A stretch of 42,619 nt of DNA from an uncultured Limibaculum sp. (GCA_964632555.1 CAZWDE010000002.1:1-42619); one strand, 5' to 3'; shown: positions 9,246 through 18,949, numbered from the stretch's first letter. Notes: generated by a model from the sequence alone, not told the origin. Numbers and translations are program-made.

Positions 9246-9938
9246 TCATCGCCGGTGCGCGCGTCCCGCGCGCGCCGGCTCTTCGCTGCCCGGTCCGCCC
9301 GCCTCGGCGTCGACCGCCGCGCCCGAGACCGTCTCGGCCTCCGCCGCGGCCTGTTCGGCCGCGCTCTCGATCAGCGGCACGGCGACCGGGCGCTCCTCGC
9401 CGCGCCGGAGCGCCCGGCCGTAGGCCCAGAGCTGGAGCGCGAGCCGCAGCGCCAGCAGCCACAGCATCACCGGCACGAGGAGCTTCACCGGCCAGGTCGG
9501 CAGGCCGAGATCGATGGTGCTGTCGCGCGACCACGAGGGCGAGCCCCAGTCGAAGCTCCGCTCGAAATGCAGGAACGCGCCCCAGGCGATCACCAGGGTG
9601 AGCGCGAGCATCAGGAGGACCGAGACGAACTCGAAGAGCCAGAGCGCGCGGCCCCGGAGCTGGCCGACCAGGATGTCCATCCGGATATGCCCGCCGACGC
9701 GCTGGCAGGCGGCGATGCCGAGGAAGGCGATGACCGGCACCGCCTGCACCATCCAGTCGACGAAGCCCGGCACCGGCAGGTCGAAGAGCTTGCGCCCGAG
9801 GATGTTGGCGACCGACACGAGCATCACCGCGAGGATCGCGAGCCCCGCCATCAGCGTGAGCGCCCGCTCGACCGCGTAGAGCGCCCGGTCGGCGCGGCTG
9901 ACCGCGCTCGCATCGGACCGGACGGACTGTTCGGACAT
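9246..9938 (-). CDS. dctQ: TRAP transporter small permease
   Basis: Four TM segments and the GGHIRMDIL motif; lies between dctP and dctM. Confidence 0.93.
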   Translation of the reverse strand: MSEQSVRSDASAVSRADRALYAVERALTLMAGLAILAVMLVSVANILGRKLFDLPVPGFVDWMVQAVPVIAFLGIAACQRVGGHIRMDILVGQLRGRALWLFEFVSVLLMLALTLVIAWGAFLHFERSFDWGSPSWSRDSTIDLGLPTWPVKLLVPVMLWLLALRLALQLWAYGRALRRGEERPVAVPLIESAAEQAAAEAETVSGAAVDAEAGGPGSEEPARAGRAHRR

Positions 9939-9954
9939 GGCGCGCTCCGGGGAA

Positions 9955-9975
9955 GCGGGGGCGCGGCGCCCCCGC
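9955..9975 (-). terminator. stem-loop directly 3' of dctP (attenuator or mRNA stabiliser)
   Basis: GCGGGGGCG-cgg-CGCCCCCGC is a 9-bp stem in the dctP-dctQ spacer. Confidence 0.5.
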
Positions 9976-9981
9976 GCGGGA

Positions 9982-11034
9982 TCAGCAGTCGGTCTCGACG
10001 CCCGAGGCGGTGACGGCCTTGCCGGTCTCGCGGCAGCTCCGGAGCACCTCCTGCGTCAGATCGTAGAGCTCCTGGCCCGGCACGCCCTGCGCTTCCATGC
10101 TGGCGATCCACTCGGCGCGGATCGGATCGGCCGCCTTGGAGCGGAACGCCGCGATCTCCTCCTCGGGGATCTCGACCTTCTGCACCGACTTCTCCGCGAG
10201 GATCTGCTCCCAGCGCGCCAGCAGCTCGCCGTAATTCGCGAGGTAGTGGTCGATCGCCTCGTCGATCGAGCTGTCGAGCGCGGCGCGGTGCTCCTCCGAG
10301 AGGCTCTCGTAGGCGTCGATGTTGACCACCACCGGGCAGTTGACGGTGCCGGGGTTGAGGTTGGTGGTCCACCAGTCGGCGATGTCGATGGTGCGGAACG
10401 AGAGATGCGCGTGCTGCGCGAAGGAGACCGCGTCGACCACGCCCGATTCGAGCGCACCGTAGGCCTCGGTCGCGGTCACGGAGGTGGGCGTCGCGCCGAC
10501 CGTGCGGAACGCCTCGCCGAGGCCGCCGGTGGCGCGCACGCGCAGGCCCTCGAAGTCCTCGAGCTCGGTCGGCGCCTCGCCCACGCCCGCGAGGTTGTAC
10601 TGCGGCATCGGCGAGGTCATCAGCAGCTTGGCGTTCCAGCGGGCGAGATCGCGCTGCGTCGCCGGGTGCTCGTAGACCGCGCGGGCCACCGCCACCTCCT
10701 TGCCGAGATCGGAGACGCCGAGGAAGGGCAGCTCGAGCACGGTGATCGTCGGGTTCTTGTCCGGGTGGTAGCCGGCGCAGAACTGCGCCATCTCGAAGGC
10801 GCCGATCTCGATCCCGTCGAGGTTCTCGGTGTTCCGCGACAGGCCGCCATAGGAGATGTTGAGGGTGAACTCGCCGTTCGTCTTCTGCTCCACGAGCTCG
10901 GCGAGCTTGTGCACGTGCTCGGTGAAGGCGCGGCGCTTGCCCCAGAGCGAGACGTTCCACTCGAGGGCCGCGGCCTCGGCGGCGCCGAAGGCGAGGAGGG
11001 TGGCGGCGAGAAGGCCGGTCTTGATGCGGGTCAT
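9982..11034 (-). CDS. dctP: TRAP transporter substrate-binding protein
   Basis: Signal peptide; ELPFL, FEGLRVRATGG, EAYGALESGVVD; GGAG RBS. Confidence 0.93.
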   Translation of the reverse strand: MTRIKTGLLAATLLAFGAAEAAALEWNVSLWGKRRAFTEHVHKLAELVEQKTNGEFTLNISYGGLSRNTENLDGIEIGAFEMAQFCAGYHPDKNPTITVLELPFLGVSDLGKEVAVARAVYEHPATQRDLARWNAKLLMTSPMPQYNLAGVGEAPTELEDFEGLRVRATGGLGEAFRTVGATPTSVTATEAYGALESGVVDAVSFAQHAHLSFRTIDIADWWTTNLNPGTVNCPVVVNIDAYESLSEEHRAALDSSIDEAIDHYLANYGELLARWEQILAEKSVQKVEIPEEEIAAFRSKAADPIRAEWIASMEAQGVPGQELYDLTQEVLRSCRETGKAVTASGVETDC

Positions 11035-11172
11035 CGGAGGACTCCCTGTGGCTGTGATGCGCTCTGACGGCGCTCGCGGCCGAGCCTACCGATCCCGTGT
11101 GAGGACACAACCGGTTTCGTCCCGGGAGCGCCGGGCCGCCCTGCGGGGCGCCCCGGCCTCGCCCGGTCGCGC

Positions 11173-11943
11173 CTAGAAGAAGAGCTCGAAGTTCAGCGAC
11201 AGGATCGCGTCGGGCGCGTCCTCGGTGATGCCGAAGAGGATGGCGAGCCGCGGCTCGAGCGCGCGCCCGCGGCCGAGATCGAACTCGTAATAGGCCGCAG
11301 GGCCGATGAAATGCTCGTCCTCGCTCTCGCTCTTGAAGGCGTTCTCGACCCCGCCATGCACCTCGACGCCGAGCGAGAGGGCGTCGATCACCGGTGTGCT
11401 CGCCTGGAGCGCGTAGGCGAGACCTGTGCCCTCTCCGTCCTCGAACGGCACCTCGAAGAAGACGTTGGCGATCGTCTCCACGGGGCCGATGGCGACCTCG
11501 GCGATCGGGCCCACCTCGACCGCGCCCGCATTGATCCCGCCGGTGTTCGGCACCTCGAGCGCCACGAAGACCCCGACCGCCTCGAGCGCGAAGACGCCGT
11601 GCTCGCCGTGGTCGTGCCCGCCATGGCCGTGCCCCTCTCCGAACGGCAGGAGCAGCACGTTCTCCCACTCGAAGGCCTCGAACTCGGCGCTCTCGTTCTC
11701 GGGGTTCGCGATCTCGGCGGCGAGCGTCGTCTTCCAGAAGCTCGTGACGCCGTAGCCGATGGCGAATTCGTGCGCCGAGCGCTCCTCGCCGTCCTCCACG
11801 TCGTCGAGCGCGACGCCGTTGAGGATCTCGAGCTCGAAGCCCTGCGGCACGACATCGGGGTGGATCACCTCGAAGATCTGTGCCTTGGCCACGGGTGCGA
11901 CGGCGGTCGCCAGGGCGGCGATCGCCACGGTCTTGGTTCTCAT
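11173..11943 (-). CDS. putative outer-membrane beta-barrel protein with His-rich loop (candidate zinc uptake porin)
   Basis: Signal peptide ending AKA-Q; alternating amphipathic strands; acidic; loop GEGHGHGGHDHGEHG; C-terminal LSLNFELFF (barrel-type terminal Phe). ATG at 11943 with GAGGGAG RBS. Confidence 0.75.
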   Translation of the reverse strand: MRTKTVAIAALATAVAPVAKAQIFEVIHPDVVPQGFELEILNGVALDDVEDGEERSAHEFAIGYGVTSFWKTTLAAEIANPENESAEFEAFEWENVLLLPFGEGHGHGGHDHGEHGVFALEAVGVFVALEVPNTGGINAGAVEVGPIAEVAIGPVETIANVFFEVPFEDGEGTGLAYALQASTPVIDALSLGVEVHGGVENAFKSESEDEHFIGPAAYYEFDLGRGRALEPRLAILFGITEDAPDAILSLNFELFF

Positions 11944-11995
11944 GACTGTCTCCCTCGTTGCGCCGGTCGCCTGGTGCGGGCCGGCCGAGGGAATA

Positions 11996-12020
11996 TGCAA
12001 TGTTATAACATAACATTACA
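11996..12020. promoter_or_regulatory. Zur-binding box
   Basis: TGCAATGTTAT-AAC-ATAACATTACA is a near-perfect palindrome matching the proteobacterial Zur consensus (AATGTTATANNATAACATT). It forms an AT-rich island about 55 nt upstream of the His-loop barrel gene. Confidence 0.85.
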
Positions 12021-12050
12021 GGTGAAAAAACGAGCCGCCACGGGCGAGCC

Positions 12051-12068
12051 GGAGGGCCGGGGCCCTCC
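12051..12068 (-). terminator. probable terminator hairpin downstream of the 2-hydroxyacid dehydrogenase
   Basis: GGAGGGCC/GGCCCTCC inverted repeat, with a T6 run about 20 nt further along the minus strand. Confidence 0.4.
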
Positions 12069-12085
12069 CGCCCGAGCCACCGGCC

Positions 12086-13048
12086 TCAGGCGACGCGATT
12101 GGGCGGCTCGCGGCCCTCGAAGAAGGCGGTGACGTTCTCGACCACGGTCATGCCCATCGCCTCGCGCGTCTCGGTGGTGGCCGAGCCGAGATGCGGCAGC
12201 AGGCAGACATTGGCCATCTCGGTCAGCGCCTGCGTCACCTTCGGCTCGAACTCGTAGACGTCGAGCCCCGCCCCGCCGAGATGGCCCGACTTCAGCGAGG
12301 CCACCAGCGCCTGTTCGTCGATGATGTCGCCGCGCGCCGAGTTCACGAGGATGGCGCCCCGCTTCATCCGGGCGAGCCGCTCGGCGTTGATCAGGTGGAT
12401 GTTCTCGCCCCCGCCGGGACAGTGGAGCGAGACGATATCGGAGACCTCGAGCACGGCGTCGACGCTCTCGAGCTGCTCGGCCGGCACGCCGGCGTCCGGC
12501 ACCGGGAAGGCGTCGTAGAAGACGACCTTCATGTCGAGCGCGTGGTGGCAGCGCTTGGCCATCGCCTTGCCGATGCGGCCCATGCCGACGATGCCGAGCG
12601 TCTTGCCCTGCGGCCCGACGCCGAGCAGCTGCGTCGGCCGCCAGCCGGTCCACTCGCCGCGGCGCAGCATCGTCTCGCCCTCCCAGGTGCGCCGCGCGAC
12701 GTTGAGGAGCAGGGTGAGCGCGATGTCGGCGGTGGCGTCGGTCAGCACGCCCGGCGTGTTGGTGACCACGAGGCCCGCCGCCTTGGCCGCCTCGAGATCG
12801 ATGTGGTTGAAGCCCACGCCGAAATTCCCGAGGATCTTGGTGCGCGCCGGGTGCTCGAGCACGTCCGCGCCCATCTTGTCGGTCACCGTCGGCAGGACCG
12901 CGTCGTAGAGGTTGAGCGCCGCGCGCAGCTCGCCCGGGCTCATCGCCTTGTCCTTGGCGTTCAACGTGGTGTCGAAGCGCTCCTGCAGCACCGCCTCGAC
13001 GGCGGCCGGCCAGCGCCGGGTCACGCAGATCTTGGGTTTCGCGGCCAT
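12086..13048 (-). CDS. D-glycerate dehydrogenase / glyoxylate reductase (D-2-hydroxyacid dehydrogenase)
   Basis: NFGVGFNHID, NTPGVLTDATAD, GIVGMGRIG, NSARGDIIDE, LDVYEFEP, LPHLGSAT. ATG at 13048. Confidence 0.95.
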   Translation of the reverse strand: MAAKPKICVTRRWPAAVEAVLQERFDTTLNAKDKAMSPGELRAALNLYDAVLPTVTDKMGADVLEHPARTKILGNFGVGFNHIDLEAAKAAGLVVTNTPGVLTDATADIALTLLLNVARRTWEGETMLRRGEWTGWRPTQLLGVGPQGKTLGIVGMGRIGKAMAKRCHHALDMKVVFYDAFPVPDAGVPAEQLESVDAVLEVSDIVSLHCPGGGENIHLINAERLARMKRGAILVNSARGDIIDEQALVASLKSGHLGGAGLDVYEFEPKVTQALTEMANVCLLPHLGSATTETREAMGMTVVENVTAFFEGREPPNRVA

Positions 13049-13241
13049 CCTGCTCGATCCTCCCTCGGGCTTCGCCGATCGCGGCCGCAACGCCTCTCGC
13101 GGGCGCCGCGCGGCCGGCACCCCTGTCGCTTAGCGAAGGAGCGGGCGCAGTGGAAGCCTGCCGCGCCCGATCGCGGCGTCGGTCTCGCGCGATGACGGTT
13201 AATGGGTTGTCCACACGCCGGGGGCGGGGCATCCTCGCGCA

Positions 13242-14294
13242 ATGACCGAGACCCAGCCCCTCCAGCCCGCGCGGGACAGGCCAGCCGATCCGGCCGCGGC
13301 GGCCCCGTCCCGCGAGGCGCGCGCCGGGCGACTGCTCTCGCCGGTCTGGACGCTCGTGCTCCAGCGCGTCGGGATCGGCGCCGTCCTCCTGCTGGCGATC
13401 TCGATGCTGCTCTTCATCGGGGTCGAGGCGCTGCCGGGCGACTTCGCGGCCAACTATCTCGGCCAGTCGGCGACGCCCGAGGCGATCGCCAACACCCGCG
13501 CCCGGCTCGGGCTCGATCAGCCCGTGGTGGTCCGGTACCTCGACTGGCTCGGCGGCGTGCTCGTGGGCGATTTCGGCGAGAGCTGGGCGAGCGGCGCCCG
13601 CGTCGCGGACCAGCTGCTCAAGCGCCTCGGCAACACGCTCTTCCTCGCCGCCGTGGCGGCCGTGATCGCCGTGCCGCTCTCGATCTTCCTCGGCATGCTC
13701 GCCGTGCTCTACCGCGACCGGCTGCCCGACCGCGTGATCAACGTCACCTCGCTGGTCGCGATCTCCATGCCGGAGTTCTTCGTCGGCTATCTCTTCATCT
13801 TCTTCTTCGCGCTGCAGTTCGGCCTGGGCGACGGTCCGCCGATCATCCCGAACTGGCGCGACGGGATCATGGCGAACGTCCAGCTGGTGTTTCTGCCGGC
13901 GATGACGCTCGTGGTGGTCGTGATCGCGCACATGATGCGGATGACCCGCGCCGCGATCCTCAACATCCTCGAGAGCGCCTATATCGAGACCGCCGAGCTC
14001 AAGGGGCTCTCCAAGCTCCGGATCATCTGGAAGCACGCCGCGCCCAACGCGGTCGCGCCGATCATCAACGTGGTCGCGCTCAACATGGCCTATCTCGTGG
14101 TCGGCGTCGTCGTCGTCGAGGTGGTGTTCACCTATCCCGGCATGGGGCAGTACTTCGTCGACGCGGTCAGCCTCCGCGACATGCCGGTGGTGCAGGCCTG
14201 CGGCATCGTCTTCGCCGCCGTCTACATCGTGCTCAACATGCTGGCCGATGTCGGCGCGATCCTCGCCAACCCGCGCCTCAGGCATCCGAAGTGA
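13242..14294 (+). CDS. peptide/nickel-type ABC transporter permease (DppB-like)
   Basis: LPGD, LGLDQP..RYLDWL, YIETAELKGL (EAA loop), RDMPVVQ, NPRLR. Confidence 0.95.
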   Translation: MTETQPLQPARDRPADPAAAAPSREARAGRLLSPVWTLVLQRVGIGAVLLLAISMLLFIGVEALPGDFAANYLGQSATPEAIANTRARLGLDQPVVVRYLDWLGGVLVGDFGESWASGARVADQLLKRLGNTLFLAAVAAVIAVPLSIFLGMLAVLYRDRLPDRVINVTSLVAISMPEFFVGYLFIFFFALQFGLGDGPPIIPNWRDGIMANVQLVFLPAMTLVVVVIAHMMRMTRAAILNILESAYIETAELKGLSKLRIIWKHAAPNAVAPIINVVALNMAYLVVGVVVVEVVFTYPGMGQYFVDAVSLRDMPVVQACGIVFAAVYIVLNMLADVGAILANPRLRHPK

Positions 14295-15118
14295 GCGACC
14301 TCCTCAAGAGCATGCCGTGGAGCGCGCGGATCGGCCTCGCCGGCTGCCTGATCTTCGCCTTCTGCGCGATCTTCGCCGATGTGGTGGCGCCCTACAGCGA
14401 GCGCGAGATCGTCGGCGACGTGTGGGAGGGCGCCTCGGCCGCGCACTGGCTCGGCACCGACAATCTCGGGCGCGACATGCTCTCGCGCCTGATCCACGGC
14501 GCGCAGACCACGATCGCGGTCGCGCTCGCGGCCTCGCTGCTCGCCTTCTCGATCGGCATGCTGCTCTCCTTCACCGCGGCGGTGATCGGCGGCTGGACCG
14601 ACCAGATCCTCAGCCGGGTCAACGACCTGCTGCTTGCGATCCCGACGCTGATCTTCGCCCTCGTGGTGCTGGCGGCGCTGCCGCAGACGGTGCTCGTGCT
14701 CGTCCTCGTGATGGCGGTGATCGACCAGACGCGGGTCTACCGCCTCGGCCGCGCGGTGGCGATCGACGTGGTGGTGCAGGACTATGTCGAGGCGGCGCGG
14801 CTCCGGGGCGAGGGCTGGGGCTGGATCATCTTCCGCGAGATCCTGCCGAACGTGTGGACGCCGCTGATCGCCGAGTTCGGCCTGCGCTTCGCCTTCGCGG
14901 TGCTCTTCCTCTCGACGCTCTCCTTCCTCGGCCTCGGCATCCAGCCGCCGGCGGCGGACTGGGGCGGCATGGTGAAGGACAACCGCGACGGGATCATCTT
15001 CCTCGTGCCGGCGGCGCTCTATCCGGGCGCGGCGATCGCGATCCTCGCGGTCTGCGTGAACCTCGTGGTGGACTGGCTGCTCAACCGGACCGCGAGCCTC
15101 AAGGGCGGGCGCGGATGA
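14291..15118 (+). CDS. peptide/nickel-type ABC transporter permease (DppC-like)
   Basis: GTG start overlaps the previous stop; HWLGTDNLGRDMLSRLIHG, YVEAARLRGE, LSFLGLGIQPPAADWG. Confidence 0.95.
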   Translation: MSDLLKSMPWSARIGLAGCLIFAFCAIFADVVAPYSEREIVGDVWEGASAAHWLGTDNLGRDMLSRLIHGAQTTIAVALAASLLAFSIGMLLSFTAAVIGGWTDQILSRVNDLLLAIPTLIFALVVLAALPQTVLVLVLVMAVIDQTRVYRLGRAVAIDVVVQDYVEAARLRGEGWGWIIFREILPNVWTPLIAEFGLRFAFAVLFLSTLSFLGLGIQPPAADWGGMVKDNRDGIIFLVPAALYPGAAIAILAVCVNLVVDWLLNRTASLKGGRG

Positions 15119-16767
15119 GCGCCGACGCGGGCCGGGGCGACGCCGTCCTCGAGGTCGAGGACCTGATGATCGGCGCGACGGCCTATCCCCCCGGCGAGCC
15201 GCCGCGCGAGATCGAGATCGTCAAGGGCGTGAGCTTCCGCCTCGCGCGCGGTCGCGTGCTCGGGCTGATCGGCGAGTCGGGCGCCGGCAAGTCGACGATC
15301 GGGCTCGCCGCGCTCGCCTATGGCCGCGGCGGGGTGAGGATCACCGGCGGGCGCGTGCGGCTCGGCGGCGAGGACATCCTCGACCTGAGGGCCGGGCGCA
15401 TCCGCCAGATCCGCGGGCGGCGCGTGACCTATGTGGCGCAGTCGGCGGCGGCCGCGTTCAACCCGGCGCACCGGCTCGGCGAGCAGGTGATCGAGGCGAC
15501 GCTGCGCCACGGGCTGATGTCGCGCTCGGCGGCGTGGGAGCGGGCGCGCATGCTCTTCGGCGTGCTCGGCCTGCCGGACCCCGAGACTTTCGGCGAGCGC
15601 TTCCCGCACCAGGTCTCGGGCGGGCAGCTCCAGCGCGCGATGACCGCCATGGCGCTCTGCCCCGAGCCCGACCTCATCGTCTTCGACGAGCCGACCACCG
15701 CGCTCGACGTCACGACGCAGATCGACGTGCTCGCCGCGATCAAGCGCGCGATCGAGGAGACCGGCGTCTCGGCGATCTACATCACGCACGACCTCGCCGT
15801 GGTGGCGCAGATCTCCGACGAGATCATGGTGCTGCGCCACGGCAAGACGGTCGAGCACGGGCCCGTCGAGCAGGTGATCGAGCGCCCGCGCGAGGACTAC
15901 ACGCGCGCGCTTCTCTCGGTGCGGTCCGACGTGAAGCCCGAGGCGGAGGACCAGTCGGGGCGGCTGCTCGCGCTCGAGCGGGTGGACGCCGCCTATGGCG
16001 GGACCTTCAAGGTGCTGTTCGGCGTGTCGATGCACCTGCCCAAGGGCCAGACGCTCGCGGTCGTCGGCGAGTCGGGCTCCGGCAAGTCGACCACGGCTCG
16101 GGTGATCACCGGGCTGCTCCCGCCCACGGGCGGGCGGGTGCTGTTCAAGGGCGAGCCGCTGCCGCCCGCGCTCAAGGACCGCTCGAAGGACCAGCTCCGC
16201 CAGATCCAGATGATCTACCAGATGGCCGACACGGCGATGAACCCGCGCCAGACGGTCGCCGAGATCATCGGACGCCCGCTCGCCTTCTACTTCGGCATGG
16301 GGGCCGAGGCGCGGGCGCGCCGCGTCGCCGAGCTGCTCGACCAGATCGAGATGGGCACGGGCTTCGCCGAGCGCTATCCGGCCGAGCTGTCGGGCGGGCA
16401 GAAACAGCGCGTCTGCATCGCCCGCGCGCTCGCCGCCGAGCCCGAGCTCATCCTCTGCGACGAGCCGACCTCGGCGCTCGATCCGCTGGTCGCCGAGGGG
16501 ATCCTGAAGCTCCTCATGGACCTGCAGCGCGAGACCGGCGTGAGCTATCTCTTCATCACCCACGACATCGCCACGGTGCGCGAGATCGCCGACTCGATCG
16601 CCGTGATGCATCGCGGCCGCGTCGTGCGCTTCGGGCCGAAATCGCGCGTGCTCGCGCCGCCCTTCGACGACTACACCGACCTCCTGCTGAAGTCGGTGCC
16701 GGAGATGCGCCTCGGCTGGCTCGAGGAGGCGATCGAGAGCCGGCGCATGGAGGCGGCCGGCCACTGA
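15115..16767 (+). CDS. ABC transporter ATP-binding protein with two ABC domains (DppD/F fusion)
   Basis: Two Walker A motifs (GESGAGKS, GESGSGKS), two signatures (VSGGQ, LSGGQ), two DEPT Walker B motifs. Confidence 0.96.
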   Translation: MSADAGRGDAVLEVEDLMIGATAYPPGEPPREIEIVKGVSFRLARGRVLGLIGESGAGKSTIGLAALAYGRGGVRITGGRVRLGGEDILDLRAGRIRQIRGRRVTYVAQSAAAAFNPAHRLGEQVIEATLRHGLMSRSAAWERARMLFGVLGLPDPETFGERFPHQVSGGQLQRAMTAMALCPEPDLIVFDEPTTALDVTTQIDVLAAIKRAIEETGVSAIYITHDLAVVAQISDEIMVLRHGKTVEHGPVEQVIERPREDYTRALLSVRSDVKPEAEDQSGRLLALERVDAAYGGTFKVLFGVSMHLPKGQTLAVVGESGSGKSTTARVITGLLPPTGGRVLFKGEPLPPALKDRSKDQLRQIQMIYQMADTAMNPRQTVAEIIGRPLAFYFGMGAEARARRVAELLDQIEMGTGFAERYPAELSGGQKQRVCIARALAAEPELILCDEPTSALDPLVAEGILKLLMDLQRETGVSYLFITHDIATVREIADSIAVMHRGRVVRFGPKSRVLAPPFDDYTDLLLKSVPEMRLGWLEEAIESRRMEAAGH

Positions 16768-16790
16768 GCGCCGCAGAGCCGCGCCCGGGC

Positions 16791-17291
16791 TCAGGCCTCG
16801 TGGCCGGGGGCCTTGCCCGAGGGGGCGATCCACGGCCGGCTCACGTCCTCGAGCGTCACGTCGAGGCATTCGACCTCGGCGGCGATCTCGCCGTCGCCCG
16901 CCACCGTCAGGACCAGCCGCCCGGTGCCGTCCTCGCCCGGCTCGAAGTCGATCGCGAGCAGCGCGTAGACCGTCTCGCGGTCGTCCGGCGCCAGGCCCCG
17001 CGCGCGCACCGCCGAGACGTCGGCGATCCGGAGCAGCGTCTGCACCCGCTCATAGCGCCGGCCCTGCCGCTCGGCCGCCTCGCGGTCCTCCCAGCGGAAG
17101 CGGTTGAGGAGCAGCGCGAGCGTCCGGCTCGCCCGCGCCCAGGCGATCCCGCCGGTCTTGCCCACCGCGTCCTGCAGCAGCGCCGAGATCACCGCGAGGT
17201 CCTCCGCGCTCTCGGCCTTCAGCCGCAGCGGGCGGTCGCTGAGCGGCACGTCCTCGAAGCGGGCGTCCTGCGTGTCCTCGGCCATGCTCAC
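16791..17291 (-). CDS. DUF2948 family protein
   Basis: [44 protein letters not shown]; conserved position downstream of murA. Confidence 0.88.
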   Translation of the reverse strand: MSMAEDTQDARFEDVPLSDRPLRLKAESAEDLAVISALLQDAVGKTGGIAWARASRTLALLLNRFRWEDREAAERQGRRYERVQTLLRIADVSAVRARGLAPDDRETVYALLAIDFEPGEDGTGRLVLTVAGDGEIAAEVECLDVTLEDVSRPWIAPSGKAPGHEA

Positions 17292-18553
17292 TCCTTCACC
17301 CGTTCGATCGCGGCGCCGCAGGCCCCGAGCTTCTCCTCGAGCCGCTCGTAGCCGCGATCGAGGTGATAGACGCGGCTCACCACCGTCTCGCCCTCGGCCG
17401 CGAGGCCCGCGAGGATGAGGCTGACCGAGGCGCGGAGGTCGGTCGCCATCACCGGCGCGCCCTTCAGCCGCTCGACGCCCGCGATCCGCGCCGCGCCGCC
17501 GTGGATGTCGATGCGCGCGCCCATCCGCAGGAGCTCGGGCACATGCATGAAGCGGTTCTCGAAGATGCGCTCCTCGATCCGGCTCTCGCCCTCGGCGAGG
17601 CAGAGGAGCGCCATCATCTGCGCCTGCAGGTCGGTCGGGAAGCCGGGGAAGGGCGCGGTCTCGATCTCGAGCGGGCGCACGCCCTGCCCGTTGCGCCCGA
17701 CCCGCAGCCCCTCGGGCAGGGCCTCGACGGCGATGCCGGCGTCCTGCAGCCGCGCGATCAGCGCGCCCACGAGATCGGCGCGCCCGCCCGTCAGCGTCAC
17801 CGTGCCCCCGGCGATCGCGGGGGCGATCATGTAGGTGCCGAGCTCCACACGGTCGGGCAGCACACGGTGGGTGGTGCCGTGGAGCGCGTCGACGCCCTCG
17901 ACCGTGATCTCGGAGGTGCCGGCGCCCTCGATCCGCGCGCCCATCGCCGAGAGGCAGGCGGCCAGGTCGACGATCTCGGGCTCGCGCGCGGCGTTTCTCA
18001 GCACCGTGGTGCCGCGGGCGAGGGTCGCCGCCATCAGCAGGTTCTCGGTCGCGCCGACCGAGACGCCCGGGAACTCGATCACCGCTCCCGCGAGCCGGCC
18101 CGGCGCCTCGGCCTCGATGTAGCCGTCGGCGAGGTCGAGCCGCGCGCCCATCCGCTCAAGCCCCATCAGGTGCAGGTCGACGGGTCGCGCCCCGATCGCG
18201 CAGCCGCCCGGCAGCGAGACGCGCGCCCGGCCCGAGCGGGCCAGAAGGGGGCCGAGCACCAGCACCGACGCGCGCATCTTGCGCACGATGTCGTAATGCG
18301 CGGTGTGGCTCGAAAGATCGGCGGCGGAGAGCGCGAGCACCTGCCCGCCCTGCAGCGCCGCCACCTCGCAGCCGAGCGAGCGCAGGAGCGTCGTCATCGT
18401 CTCGATGTCGGCGAGGCGCGGCGCGTTGGTGAGCGTGAGCGGCTGGTCGGTCAGCAACGCCGCCGGCATGAGCGCGAGGCAGGCGTTCTTGGCGCCCGAG
18501 ATCGCGATCTCGCCCGAGAGGGGGCGCCCGCCGGCGATCCGGATGCGGTCCAT
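17288..18553 (-). CDS. murA: UDP-N-acetylglucosamine 1-carboxyvinyltransferase
   Basis: [33 protein letters not shown] (catalytic Cys), [23 protein letters not shown]. Confidence 0.98.
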   Translation of the reverse strand: MDRIRIAGGRPLSGEIAISGAKNACLALMPAALLTDQPLTLTNAPRLADIETMTTLLRSLGCEVAALQGGQVLALSAADLSSHTAHYDIVRKMRASVLVLGPLLARSGRARVSLPGGCAIGARPVDLHLMGLERMGARLDLADGYIEAEAPGRLAGAVIEFPGVSVGATENLLMAATLARGTTVLRNAAREPEIVDLAACLSAMGARIEGAGTSEITVEGVDALHGTTHRVLPDRVELGTYMIAPAIAGGTVTLTGGRADLVGALIARLQDAGIAVEALPEGLRVGRNGQGVRPLEIETAPFPGFPTDLQAQMMALLCLAEGESRIEERIFENRFMHVPELLRMGARIDIHGGAARIAGVERLKGAPVMATDLRASVSLILAGLAAEGETVVSRVYHLDRGYERLEEKLGACGAAIERVKE

Positions 18554-18560
18554 CGCGCCC

Positions 18561-18779
18561 TCAGCGCCCCGGCGGATCGTCGCCGGCAACCGCGGGACCG
18601 GCCCGGTCCTCGGCCTCTGGTCCGCCGTGCGCGCGCGGGTCCGGCGCGGCGCGGCCCTCCGCCGCGAGGGCGCGGGCGCGCGCCTTGCGCCGGTGCAGAT
18701 TGGCCCGCAGCGCCGCGGCGAGCCGGTCGGCGCGCGTCGGTCCGGGTGCGGTCGGGTCGGGTGCGTCGTCGGTCGCCAT
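18561..18779 (-). CDS. small conserved hypothetical protein upstream of murA
   Basis: 72 aa with core [21 protein letters not shown], the type of small ORF I recall between tRNA-Thr and murA in alphaproteobacteria. Confidence 0.65.
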   Translation of the reverse strand: MATDDAPDPTAPGPTRADRLAAALRANLHRRKARARALAAEGRAAPDPRAHGGPEAEDRAGPAVAGDDPPGR

Positions 18780-18835
18780 GGCCGTTCCATATCCTCGAGG
18801 GGCGGCGCGGTCCAGATCGCCCGCGCAATCGGGCC

Positions 18836-18863
18836 TTGCATTCATGGGGGGTTCCGGTATCAC
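18836..18863 (+). promoter_or_regulatory. sigma70-type promoter of tRNA-Thr
   Basis: TTGCAT-N16-TATCAC ending 10 nt before the tRNA. Confidence 0.55.
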
Positions 18864-18873
18864 GCGCCCCGAG

Positions 18874-18949
18874 GCCGGTGTAGCACAGCGGTAGTTGCAC
18901 TCCCTTGGTAAGGGAGAGGTCGTGAGTTCGAGTCTCACCACCGGCACCA
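18874..18949 (+). tRNA. tRNA-Thr(GGT)
   Basis: Acceptor stem GCCGGTG/CACCGGC; anticodon arm CTCCC-TTGGTAA-GGGAG; T-arm GTGAG-TTCGAGT-CTCAC; encoded CCA; 76 nt. Confidence 0.97.

Noticed and set aside
18883-18898. C-U mismatch at the end of the tRNA-Thr D-stem suggesting a pseudo-tRNA
   Set aside because: Three-pair D-stems are common. All other arms, the CCA end and the promoter are intact.
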